This document shows, one piece after another, positions 1-12,279 of a stretch of DNA of 64,000 nt; positions within the stretch are counted from its first letter, which is position 1; every line of letters begins with the position of its first letter. This DNA is from Camelus dromedarius (taxonomy: Eukaryota), in the NCBI RefSeq assembly GCF_036321535.1, contig NC_087436.1, forward strand, positions 15,190,001 to 15,254,000. The letters are read 5' to 3'. The translations under genes were made by a program, and so were the position numbers. The notes under the pieces were generated by a model that was not told where the DNA came from, searched no databases, and saw nothing but the letters and a program-made list of their open reading frames with translations.

Positions 1-2457
1 ATCAGAGGGAGGAGAAAAGCTAGAAACATTGCTTTCAACTATAAAAAACATTGGGTTCAAGACCTGGCACAAAGATGAGAGAAAATAAAACAAAATTTCA
101 TTTTTACAGAGCAGGTCAGGGTCAAGGGCACTTCCATTAAAAATAATATTCTATAAATATGGAAATCAGCCCATTGTTCTCGGGAAATGTTGTGACACCT
201 AGGAAGAAACTTGCAGGTGTCGGCATTTTCACTGGGTAACAAATGCTGACTACCAAGGAAATACATCAACAAATGCCTAACCTACAAAAGAAGAAAAGGG
301 AGCTTGAGAAGAAAAAGACGTCTCTAGAGAAAATCTGAGTGGTTCTTGTAAACTGAGGAAGGGGGAGGTAACTGGGAAACTTGAGTGGCACAATAAATCT
401 CAGATCTGATGGTGTGAGGAGAAAAGAGGCTGAGAACAGGAAAACTACATGAAATGAACAAGCTCAGGGAACAGAAATCCCAACTAATGCATGTAATGGA
501 GGGTGTTTAAAGGTCGATTCACTGAAGGGAAATTTCCTGAGACACTAATACGGATGCCTCGGCCATCGCCTTGAGTGGAAGGCAGATTTTACACTACAGA
601 TTGGAAGTCATTTTCATTTAATAAAGCCTACATCTCTGGAAAATTGGGTTCCACGAAATGAGATTTTTTTTTTTTTGTTACATTAAGTTTTACTATTAAC
701 TTTCCAGTAGTTTTAGAGGGGTAATTTATTTGAAACATTCGAAAGTATAAAACGCTTCTAAGATAAAAATGAGTCCAAAGTTTGAAAATTAATTGAACAA
801 ATCAATTTTCTAAGTAGCCAAACTACACTGATTTTTCAGAAAAAATAAATTGTATAGCAATTAATAAATTTGAAATTAAATGCAGTCAATTTTCAATGAT
901 CAATGCTGATGGGAAAAGGCAGGAATGAGAAACAGGATTTACAGAGAACTCCAAAATCTCATTTCCATTTCAATCTTTTCCCCCATTTCCATTACAATCT
1001 TTTCATTGAATAATTCAAGTTTTAAAAAGCCTCTCTGTTTTCTTTCTGGTCATTAAGTAAGCATTTATGAAGGGCCTCCTATATGCTAGGCCCTTGCCAG
1101 GGCAGCCAAGGGGCTGACCAGGACCCTAATAACAACAGAGTTGGTTTCAGTTGCTTCTTTTTATCACCTTAGCAAAATGCAGAGCATAAATCAGAATTAA
1201 TAAAAAGAAAAAATTCCCTTAGTTATGTATGGGTATCTTTATCACAATTTTTCTCTAAAATAGTTTTTCACTACCTCTCATTCTTAATCCTGATCTATGT
1301 ATGAACAAGAAAATAGCAGCTGGGGAAAAATGGAGAAGGAATAGAAACCAGGCAAAAACCAAGAACAAAGTATATAGAAAATTAAGATACAGATGGGAAA
1401 GCAGAGCATAATTCAGGTACAAACAATACTGAAGTTAACCCCAATATTTCCTAGCAGATGAAGAGCTATAAAAATGGATTTATAAATGGGAATGTCATGA
1501 CTGACAAGTCAAAGGCTTACGTGGCAAGGATGTAGGAGTGAGACAGAAAAGATGTCCATCCCAACAAGTGGAGAAGGATGACAGGCAGCTGGAGAAATGA
1601 GGAAGCAGGAGCCTTTGAGCCACAGTCATTACAGAGGTGCTGGGTCAGGAAGTCTAGGACCCAAGGAGCAGGTCAGGGCCAATCATGAGGAGCTCCTTCT
1701 ACAAACCGTTTTCTAATCTACTCTCTCCACAAATATTGGAGGCCACCTATAATGAGCCAGGCACCCACAGAGCTTATCCAACTGAATGGTGTGCAGTAAG
1801 TGTCTTTTTAACCAGTAAATAAAAGAAGAAAATAATGAACAATCAAGCTGACGGTTCAGAAAATCCACACGTCCTTTAGCTCCTGCAGCCCCCCTGCTAG
1901 GTACTTTCTTATCCTTAGCTCCTGATGGGCTCTTTCTCACCTACCCATCAATAAGGACTCAAATCCCAGTCGCCATGATGTCAAACTCTCAAGGGCCACA
2001 AGTGAACATAAGTGAATCTGGTCTGTTAATTTGGAGAGATCAGAATAAAAGCAGGCTGTAGAATTCCAAGGAATGATCTTATTCTTAATTCTATCACTCA
2101 TGGGCAAAATGGAAATATAAGTGTTATGTTGCCAAAAACCATAGAGAGAGCAGATATCATTAGATAGTTCTAGCGTCTCATAGAGAGAAGTGCTCTGAAC
2201 TTGAGCCCTCACACACAGCCCCAAGTCTTCCGGCTGTAACAAGACATGAGCTGTGCATGTGGTGATCTTGGCATCAGTTCTCACTCAGGTGTCCATGACA
2301 CTGGGTGGGATGACATTGCAGGTCCCAACACAGCGGTCCCCAGCTGTCTAATGGTGCAGCACAGGCTCACACTAAAGTCAAATATGTGACGCCAAGGTTT
2401 GGGAAGAGACGTGTACCGGTGGCTGAGGAATGTCACCCAAACACATGCTAATACCAA

Positions 2458-3031
2458 TGTTAGAGAAGGCAAGTAGCTAGATATGAGCAGAGAAAGGGGG
2501 ACATGGGCCAAATGGCAGAAAACCATGCATATTGTGAACAATGGGGGTCCTTGGACAGACCAAGAAAAACAGAATCTTCCGGAATGATAAAGGACCATAC
2601 CTTCTGGATTGATAAGTGCCCTGGAGGCAGAAGGGTGGGACAGGACAGGAATCCCCACCATCCTGATATAACCTTTCAATCATTATGACCTCCATCCAAA
2701 TGTAACCTTTTGTTCATTATGACCTCATCCAACTTCCCGATTATAAAGACAAAAAAAATCCCTCCTCCCCACCTGGGAAGGTGGAGCTGGGATGAAGACC
2801 AGGAGAGATGACCCCAAACCCCTCCCCACCAATGAATTCTGCCCTTTCATTTTTACACCCTTATAACGAGCTTGTCAAGGAAACTCGGGGCAGTGACCCG
2901 CCTGGGTCTGCAGGCTCTTTCCTTGAGAGCATTCTATCTATCCCTAATAAATCCTTGCTTTGTTTTCTTGACCTCTGTGCCTTGTTTCTGAATTCTTTCT
3001 GTGACAAGACAAGAACCTCTCGTCCACAACA
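2458..3031 (+). mobile_element. ERV1-class solo LTR
   Basis: TG...CA termini (TGTTAGAG...CACAACA) and perfect 4-bp TSD CCAA (2454-2457; 3032-3035). TATA-like TTATAA at 2861, AATAAA at ~2946, internal ~34-bp tandem duplication. Confidence 0.85.
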
Positions 3032-3169
3032 CCAACACCCAGAATAGAAGTATCATGGACCCAACTTAAGTTCAGAAATACAAAAGGAATTCTCCCAGAA
3101 TTCAGCGCCTGATCAGTGCTGTCCCAGAAACCAGAGCTTAAGCAATAACAAACTCTTACATCCTGACAT

Positions 3170-3189
3170 GTATATGTGTGTATATACAA

Positions 3190-3229
<40 letters not shown>

Positions 3230-3232
3230 TTT
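3170..3232. repeat. (TA)n microsatellite followed by poly-T
   Basis: Directly visible TATATATA... run ending in a T run. Confidence 0.9.
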
Positions 3233-3561
3233 TAAGCTCTCAAAGTGATTCCAGTGAGCAGCCACAGCATCACAGAAAACTCTGGTTTTTCCTCCTCCCT
3301 CCTCCAGTCTCCTTCATGAAAATGACAGGTTCTTGAAACATTAAAAAAAACAAATAAAATCACCAGATAAGGGTTGGTAAGCGGGTCACAAGCTTTGGCC
3401 AAGGGTCCTGAGGAACACGCTTGTCCATCTGAAACAAATGGGGGAAATCGTAGAGTAAAGTTAAGTGACTAACTGGTCAAGGCTGTGGTGAAATGTGGTC
3501 CATGCCTTAATGAAGACCACAGCACAATCTCCTGGGTCCCTTCCCTTAAGTTATTTTCCTC

Positions 3562-4125
3562 TGTAGAGGAGAAAACCCTTTTTTAAAAAAATTCATCTTA
3601 GGTTCATTGACTAGACTGCAAATTAGACTGACAAAAAAAAAAAAACAGACTAACAAGGGAAAAACAAACAGAAGCTTATTCACGTGGGCATTACATATAC
3701 ACAAAAGAGTACTCAGCAATAAGTAACTCAAAGGGATGGCTAGAACGTGCGCTTAGACAGCATCTTAGTGAAAGAACAATAAATTTTGTAACGAAGTGAC
3801 AAGACGAAGTAAAAGGGCTGTAGGCGTTTAGAGGAAGCAGACTGTGGGAAGGTAAATATATGGCGGAAACTAATGGAAGAGAAGGGCTGTCCTGGCGAGG
3901 TTTGCCCTGTATATTTCTCTGGCGCTGCCACCTCTGAATTGCTAAGAGTCTATAGAGTTGTCTCGGGTGATTAACAGTCCTCTTCCCCTTCCCTGGTAGA
4001 GAGCGGGAGGACTGAGAGTTTTTCTTGTCTGCTTTTTAATTTTTTTTCCCCAAAATGCCTTTCGCTCAAAATAATCTTTATACCAGAGTGGCATATTTTG
4101 GAGCAGCATACTCTGAATTCCTACA
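3562..4125 (-). mobile_element. MER34-like ERV1 solo LTR
   Basis: TGTAG...CTACA inverted termini. The minus strand begins TGTAGGAATTCAGAGTATGCTGCTCCAAAATATGCCACTCTGGTATAAAGATTATTTTGAGC, resembling the MER34-type LTR start. Flanks TCCTC/TCCCC form a near-TSD. Confidence 0.75.
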
Positions 4126-5283
4126 TCCCCTCAAGGCTGTTTGATGGGCTGGAAAGCCCTCCGTGCTCTCCTCACCGACTTCACTTTCTCTATGTCATGC
4201 CCCAGTTGACGTCTTCTTTGGCATTTCTCACTGAGTAACTTGTAATTACTTAGTATATTAGAAGTGATATTTTGAAAGTTGTTTAATTAGCTTTTCCTGT
4301 TTGCTTTTGTACTAGCAGGCCCACGGTGTCCATCTGCCACGGGGGAGATTAGAATTTGCCCAAGAAGTAACAAAGAGAAAGGAGAAAGCTGGTAGTCACT
4401 TGTAACCTGCAAAATAGGATTAGGCAGCCAAACAATAGCTTTACCAGCCAGGCATTTGGATGGAGAGGATTTTCCAAAGTCCTCTAATAGCCACTTTAGG
4501 AAGGGCCAGCCATAGGGCTCCGCTGTTGTGGTGAGAAGCTAACCCTTTCTCCCTAAGGCTGGTGAGGCTTGTTGTTAGGTAAGAGGAGGATGTCAGGCAG
4601 GGGAAGTTAAAGAACAGAAACAACAGAAGCCTGGGGAAGATGGGAGCGGGGAGGAAGAAAAGAGACAGAGAGAGGGGCTGTAGAGCAGCTCTGAAACAGA
4701 CAAGGGCGGCCGCTGCGGGGGATGAGTATGTGAACGCAGCACCAAGGACAAGAGTGGGCTTCGGCTCCCACCTTCTGTTCAGGGCTCTGGAAGACACCAC
4801 CCGACTTAGAACTTGGCTCCTGCGCATGGGCCCTGCAATGCCGTCGGGCAGAGAAGTCTCTGAGAGGCTCTCAGTTCCCACCAAATAGAAATTCTGAGTC
4901 AAGAGCAAAGAAACCTGACATTTTGGTTAGCCGCTGCAGCCTTGCTGTGGAAACACGCACCATCTCTGTAAGGTTTGTTGAAATAGTGAAACTAGTTTTA
5001 CAAAGTGAAGCTGTAGCGTCTGTAGGCACTCCGGTCAATATGCTGCAGAACAGAGAATTCTAGACACCCAGGCAAGAGACGGGGCTCTTTTCTATCAAGT
5101 ACCAACATTTCTCCACCTCCCAACCCCATAATTGTGAAGACACGTTTGCTTATTCATTCATTAAACATCCTTTATTGAGGACTGTGGTGTACCAGGTGCT
5201 GGGACATATACAGCAGACGCGGAAGTGTCCTCTAGGGGCTCACAGTGCAGTAGGAAAAGGTGACAGCGCAAAGGTTGTAACTC

Positions 5284-6235
5284 TGCTGTGAGTTGAACTG
5301 TGTCCCCCCAGAATATGTTGAAGTCCTAACCACTGGCACCTCAGAATGGGACCTTGTTTGGAAACAAGGTCATCGCAGATGTAATCAGGTGAAGGGGAGC
5401 AGAGCACACCACCATGTGTAAACGTGACTGTGGGCGCTCAGGACAGGCCATCTTGAAAGATGCCACGTTGGCATATTGAATTGCAGGCAATTGAGAACAG
5501 CAAATGTGAGGAGAGGCTTTCTCTGATCTTCCCTGAACTGGCTAAAGACAGATCCTTCAAGAGGAACTCAATTATCATAAATCCCCTCCTTGGGCGTTCC
5601 ATGAATCAGGGAAGTTTGACTCATCACAGGAGAAGACACTGGAATTGGACACCACATCCAGACGAACTCAGTCACGAACTATCACATCATCTATCTACTC
5701 TTCCAAGGGCTCATTCATCCTTCTCAAGAATCATTTCCTCTCCCCTAAGAGGCCTACATCCCCCTTCCCCTTTCCCCATTAAGAAGGTATTTAAGCCCAA
5801 ATTCTAAGCCATCTCAGGGAGTTACTCATTTTCCCCTGAGTGTCTCCCATTTATACACGAGGTATACATGTTAATAAACATCTTTGTTTTTCTCCTTTTC
5901 ACCTGTCTTCTATTACAGGGGTCTCAGATAAGAACTCAGAAGGGTAGAGGGAAAAGTATTTCTCCTCCACTGCACAAGTCAAGATGAGGTCATACAAGAG
6001 TAGGGTGGGCCCTAATCCGATAGGACTAGTGTCCTTATAAGAAGTTAAGAGACACAGACACATATAGGGGAGGACACCATGCAGAGGAGTAAACAGAGAC
6101 TGGAATATGCTGCCACAAGCCAAGGATGACCAAGGATTGCAGGTCACCACCAGGACCTGGGGGAGAGGCATGGAATCGATTCTCCCTCGGAAACTCCTGC
6201 AGCAATCAACCCTGCTGACACTCTGACCCAGGACT
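5284..6235 (+). mobile_element. MLT1 (ERVL-MaLR) LTR, split by an ERV1 LTR and cut by a SINE
   Basis: Typical MLT1 5' sequence (TGAACTGTGTCCCCCCAGAATATGTTGAAGTCCTAACC...GCAGATGTAATC) at 5284-5389. It resumes at ~5975 (AAGATGAGGTCATAC...GGGTGGGCCCTAATCC...CCACAAGCCAAGGA...AACCCTGCTGACAC). Confidence 0.85.
5390..5974 (+). mobile_element. ERV1-class (MER34-related) solo LTR nested in MLT1
   Basis: TG...CA termini interrupting colinear MLT1 sequence. 4-bp flanks CAGG/CAAG (TSD with one mismatch); AATAAA at ~5873. Confidence 0.78.
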
Positions 6236-6425
6236 TCTTTTCTTCTTCTTCTTTTTTCTTTTTGTTTTTGTTTTTCTTTTTTGTTTCTTTTTCTTTTTAA
6301 TGGGGGTGGTGATTGGGTTTATTTATTTGTTTATTTAAAAAAATTTTTTTAAACAGAGATACTGGGGATTGAACCCAAGACCTCGTGCATGCTAAGCATG
6401 CGCTCTACCTCTGAGTACCCTCCCC
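6236..6425 (-). mobile_element. tRNA-derived SINE (Vic-1-like, camelid type)
   Basis: Minus strand reads GGGGAGGGTA-CTCAGAGGTAGAGCGCATGCTTAGCATGCACGAGGTCTTGGGTTCAATCCCCAGTA (A box and B box), then AATAAA repeats and an A-rich tail. Flanks TGACCCAGGACT / TGACCTGGGACT. Confidence 0.88.
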
Positions 6426-9400
6426 TCCTTGACCTGGGACTAAGAGCACCGTGTGAGGAGTGCTAAAACAGGGCATTCACATAGTACTGGGAAACATAGA
6501 GAAGGGAGCAAAGACCCGCCATAGAAAGTGGGACGCCCTGTCTCCTTGGAGTGGGGCAGAGGTGACTAGAGGCAGCAGCTGCATGAAGTTGCCAGCTCAG
6601 CCAGAACAATGCAGAAAACCTAGAAAAGAGATTTTTCCATCCACAGAACCTGTTTCATGGCTCCAAAAGGAAACCAGGCCTACAGTGGACTTGAGTTCCA
6701 AGATGGAACTCAGTCTCAAAGTGTAGGGCAAAACCGTTTCCAATCATATGGGCAAAAGACACGAGGAATTTATGACGAATCTTGAGAACAGGAGATGGAA
6801 CAATGATTCTCCAAGTCTGCGTGTGTTGCTTTAGGGACTTACGTGGAGGAGCCCCAGGAAACGCAACATCAGGGAGCAATGAAAATTCATCATCTGGAGA
6901 TGTGCTACAAGACGGCCATGATGTTCGGTGGGAAAAAGCGGATGAAATGTGGCTCAATCTGTTCTCAATGAGATATTATCATCTTTATTATTATTACTTC
7001 CACCAAGCTGATACTTTATCTGCCGAGCTGATAGTTCAAGAAAGGATTTCTTAGTGGAAATGGATTCCTATCTTTTTCTACCAGATTCTGAGGCTAAATG
7101 CATATCCCAGAGAATGTGTATTTGGAATTCCAGGGGGGATTCAAGGTAAAATCAACTCTGCCATCTTTGCAAACATATGAGCTCAGGCACAAGTACTCCT
7201 TCGTGCTAGACCATTTCTAAAAGAAGTGTACATTGAGCTCCATAGATCATTTTTGAGTTTTTATTCCGATATTAGATGTCGCTGTAAATCACAGAAAGAG
7301 TAGAGGGGAAAAAGCCTGAGCTCTTGTTTCACGTTGCAGGAAGTGCTTTTTTTTTCCTAATTCCAGTTTAATTGAAATGACTTACCTTGCAGGTCAATGC
7401 AGGGAAACGTTTCCAAGTACAGGTAGAAAGACACACATGTTTTTCTCAATCGGACTATTGAGCAGTATCTTTGGCAAGTCTTCTGAAGAAACATATTAAC
7501 CTTCTGTTTTTCAGAGACTGGTTACCAGGTCTGCCTACTCTCTCCTACTCTTGACGGATTAAACTCAGGGAGAGAAGCTGCGAGAATCAGCAGCTCCCCG
7601 GGCCCTTCTCAGCCTTCCCTTCTGGTATATTTGCATTTTAGGCTTTACCCCTATTAAATGGTATTTCCTTCAGAAAACATCCTTTTATGAGGCATAACCT
7701 AAAATCTCAGCTCCCAATAAGCAACATTCTTCTCCTCTTTTGGAGAAGGCACTACAAATCCAGAAATAAGTGACATTAGAAAGAAAGAAGGAAACAGAAA
7801 ATGTAGATGCAATTAAGGCCCCAAAGTCCAAATGGCTGATTTTGATTAACATGCACCCTTTTCCTAATGCTAATTCATTTGCTCAATTATTGGATTTCAA
7901 AATTGCACCCTATGCCCTCCGGCCTCAGCAAACAAAGACATAATTTCAAATACCAAGACACAAATGTGCTATTTATTACTGTGTAAAAGAGCCATTATTA
8001 CAGTGACTTATTTTTTTTTTCCTCCAGGAAACTAGCTCCTTTCAAGTTATTTACCATGTTGTCAATTATTACCATCATTAATAATGATAATGATAATCAT
8101 TAAGAACTAGCAATGTGTTGCGGGATAAATAGAGCATAGAGCCATGGCATGGTCCCCACCGAGGGAAACAATAGTGATTTTGTTTCACCCCAGATTTCAC
8201 AAAGTGAGGATGGCACACACCATAAGAGTCTTTTCCCATGATCCTCCCTCGCCCTTTTTGTTTCAAAACTCCCCTTCTGCAATTCCGCATGCACTCAGAG
8301 GGTGTGAATTCACAGTTGCCCTCTTTTGCATGAGCTGGCATATTTTCGCCCCAGCCCGTGCGGTTCCTCAGACTGGCACTAACTGCCAGACTCCCCCCAG
8401 CTGAGAGGGACTGGATGTTAGTACCACTGGATGTGCTATTAATGGGGGCTGTCATCGAGTCACGAGACAGGATGCCAGTCTGGCACCCTCCTGCAAACTG
8501 GAAGTGTACGGGGCAAACACAGACACCCTGTCTGACGATGAATAGCTAAGCTGTGAAACCAAGTGACTGGGCACCTACTAGAAATCAGCCTGTCAAAAAC
8601 CATTGCACTGCAGAAGATGGAGCGTGATGTTTTCGTCTGTCTGTCAATTTGCATGCACGTGATCCCTCTGGCTTCATAAATGCACATGGATGTATATAAC
8701 AGAGTAAATAATAATTGAAATTCTCAGGAAGTATCTTGCATGGATGAATGTGTTCTGATAACGTTCTGACCATAAATCTAAATGAAACATTAAGGGCAAG
8801 AGTACCAATTATATAATAGCTCTTTTCGAAGGAATGATCTCTTTGGAATAATTTATTCTCGCTATTTTCATGGATGCCTAGAATGAAATATATCATTTAT
8901 TGTTATCATGTTATGGACTTTGACATACAAACTTAAAGGTACACCCCTCCCTGCAGTGTCAATGCTTTTCGTTCCAAGATTCAGAAGGTTTGCATTAAAC
9001 ATGAGGCATATGGCTCTGAAAGAAAAGCAGTAGCCCTTCCTATGGTCCCCTGCCCTCTTCTTGGCTCCCCTGTCAATAGGACGGAGGTCAGAAAGAAGAC
9101 CAGGCAATGTACATGGAGGGAAGCACTGCAGGATGTCCCCTGGTTGGTGACACTTCTGTTTCATGGTCCCATTTCCTATTTATCCCGTTTCTTTTCCGCC
9201 CGGAGACTACCAACTAATCACAGAGGATCAGAAGAGAAGCTCCAGAGGAGTCTGTGTGCGCGCGCACGAACCCCAGAAATGTAAGCCACAAGTAGAGATC
9301 GTTTAACAAGAAGGAAGGTGAGTACTTACACTCTTAGCCCTCTTAACCAGTCATTCAGTTCTCAAATATCTTCCCTTCACAGGCAGTGGATAGACACACA

Positions 9401-10204
9401 GAAACACTAAGCGTACATACAAGCACTACATATGGATACGTGACAGAGAACAACTTCTGCTCTTGGAAAAACACACATTACTCTGAGATCCAAACACAGC
9501 CTTGGTTTTTATATAGTTATCTCGGCGGGAGTTATCTGTGTGTATCAAAGGGTGAAATTTGGTCTAGGCTAATTAAGTTTGTTTTCCTTTCATCATGTAG
9601 ACATGTAGGGTGGTATTCTCAAAACCCATTTATCGTGTTTTTAAGAAAGACTTTTTTTCTTACACACACTTAGAAGTTAAAAGTGCTGTGGGTAAGGTCT
9701 TAGTTGTCAATAACAGTCAGTTTTTTCCTACCCTGGGAGTTACAGGCCTATATCAGATTATTTCTGACAGAGATGCTTTCCTTCAACTTTTAGAAGGGGG
9801 AGACGTGGAAGGAATATTGAGCTTTTTATTTAAATGATCTGCGATTTGTGCCTTTAAACTTCCAATTACAGGGCACAGTTTTGCAGCTGAACCCTCTGTA
9901 AACCTATCAGTTAAAAGCCTGTGTAGTTTTATGGCAAGTCACCTCCAGCCTCCGATTAGTAAATTGCAGGCCAAGCTGAAACATTTATGCAAGACTGCTG
10001 CTTGTCTCATTTGGAGGACCAGATTATTACAGTTTAGTAATTTAGATAAATTCTCGCAGTCTACACTTCTTCCCTCTGTAGAGATTTGTTGCACGGAGGA
10101 GGCACTCAGGGCCAAATTACACACTACATTTTCCTTATAAGAGAAATTCACACTGATGGAATTTATGCAGGGTTCATTGCATTCACTATGTGAAACTACC
10201 TTGT

Positions 10205-10345
10205 TCGTTTATTCATTCATGACTTGTCTCCGCCTATAAAAATGGAAGCTCCACGAGATCATAGACCTTGTCTGTCTTGAGCCCTGCTATATCGCCAGGT
10301 CACTGTTTGGATCTCAACACATATTTGTGGAATGGAGAGATTCAT
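10205..10345 (+). mobile_element. L2 3' end relic
   Basis: AAATGGAAGCTCCACGAGATCATAGACCTTGTCTGTCTTG...CTCAACACATATTTGTGGAATG. Confidence 0.65.
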
Positions 10346-11244
10346 TCATTCATCCGTTCCTCAAGTATTACAGATGAGAAAAATAAGTCCCCTGCATTTG
10401 GGAGGTTTCGTCTTTAGAGGAGACACAAACCCTAAACCACTACAGTGTAAGTAGGTAAGCCTAGGGGAGGGCAGCAAACACTAGTATTACCTTTAAAGTA
10501 TAAGCTGCATGTTACCTTCACGTATCATATATATGTGATGATACCAACACAGAAGTATTCACTGTATTACCCCCCTGCTGATTACTTCATCAACACCTAC
10601 TGACTGAGCTCTTGGGCCATTCTGCCATCCTTATCATTTGGAACCGTGTCAGGGCATAGAGCTGGCATCCGCAGGACAGAGGCAGCCTAGAGTCAAAGGC
10701 AAGCCAGGTACAGTCGGGGCTGGAGCGTGGCTTAAGACGTCTCCACAGCCGGTCTCGTCATTGGTGGAAGTAAGCAATGAGTATTGGAATATTTGAAGTC
10801 AGGAGGGCCAAGTTCAGTACGTTCTATAAATTCTCAGTTTTTGCATCAAATGGAAAGGCCGTGATACATGAAGCTATTCAGGCAGGCCCATGAAGTCAGA
10901 AATTCTGACTGGGACATCATTCATCCCTCTCCCCCTTGCTGTCTCCCAGTTTCAGGCTTCCACTTTTCAGGACAGAATCAGGACTTGGCCCAGAGCCCTG
11001 ACATCAGAATGTCTTCAAATGCTCTCACTCCATTCCCCCCTGGCTCCCTCCCTAGGGGACCAGGGGCACAGGACTGAAGGCCCTTTAGATAATGAGCCAC
11101 CTGGTACCAAAACAAGTCATCTCTATTTATTTATTATGTGCAAATTTATTTTAGCACACAAATTAAGCTCCATCTGTGACTTTATTTGGTCTCCAAATGA
11201 GGACTCAATGCATGGTTGAAAGAGTTGCTTTGTTGCTTAGCAGC

Positions 11245-11720
11245 TAATAACAATAATAGTAGCCCGTACTCACTGAGGGGTGATTATGTGGCAGGGCCCC
11301 ATTCTAGACACTTTCCACTGACTGCAGGTTGTGCTTAATATTCACAACCACCCTACAGGGTGGCTACTGCTGCTATCCCATCTTACAGATGAACAAACAG
11401 GCCCATAGCAGTTGAGTGGCTTGCCTCAAATCACACAACTCATAAATGGTAAGATGTGATGGAACACACACACCTGGTTCCAGAACCAGCAAACCCCTAA
11501 CCACTGAAAATTGCTATCATGTTTTGAATGCCAGCTTCGTGCCAGGGGCTTTACACGTATTTTTATCTCTGTAAGTCTGTTCCATACAGCAACACGGCCA
11601 AGTAGGCGTTATTTCCCTCGTTTTGCAAAGACACCGCGGATGGCCCAACGAGTTCTGAAATCAGAGTGTGAAATCAGTCTGTCTGTGTGTCTGTCTGCCT
11701 CTGCTCCATCCACAGCTCAG
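11245..11720 (-). mobile_element. Adjacent MIR SINE relics
   Basis: CACAACCACCCTAC...ATCCCATCTTACAGATGAACAAACAGGC...GGCTTGCCTCAAATCACAC (MIR core), with a second decayed copy downstream. Confidence 0.7.
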
Positions 11721-12279
11721 AGCTTCCTCTGTGACCTGGCCTGCTACTGACCTTGAATAGTGTCTTACCTGAGTCTTGCTTTTTCTATTCTTGCTCTCTT
11801 TAGTTTTCCCTGGCCAAAAATAGCAATCACAAATTTTAATTAAATGCTCATTAGGAGGGCCTGTGTTCCTTTCTGAGCATTACCATCTTTCACACTAATA
11901 CAGCACTATGTATCTTTCCAGTAATGTTCACTTACATGCCTTCATTTGTTTATCACAACAACCCTGAGATGTAAAAGGTGGGCCCTGCTGTCCCTTATTT
12001 CTGGAATGAATAAACCTTATGAGAGAGAGTAAATAACATGCCCAAGGGGCTTGTACCTGGTCCTGTTCTACTTTCGTTCACTGGCCTTTGTTTCTACTTT
12101 GTGTAAACATCCTGAAGCCAAGTCTGATAGGTGGGAGAATTGGACCAGCTAAAGGAAATCTGGCTCTCATCTCAGAGAGACCATACGGATTTCTGCAATA
12201 CCCCCCTTACCTGCAATAAAGATACCTGAAAAGAGACAGAGGGTTAGAACCCTCGAACTAGAACTACAGTTAATGACAG

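Noticed and set aside
4441..4908. 155-aa minus-strand ORF
   Set aside because: Non-ATG start, low-complexity purine-rich template, and no recognisable family.
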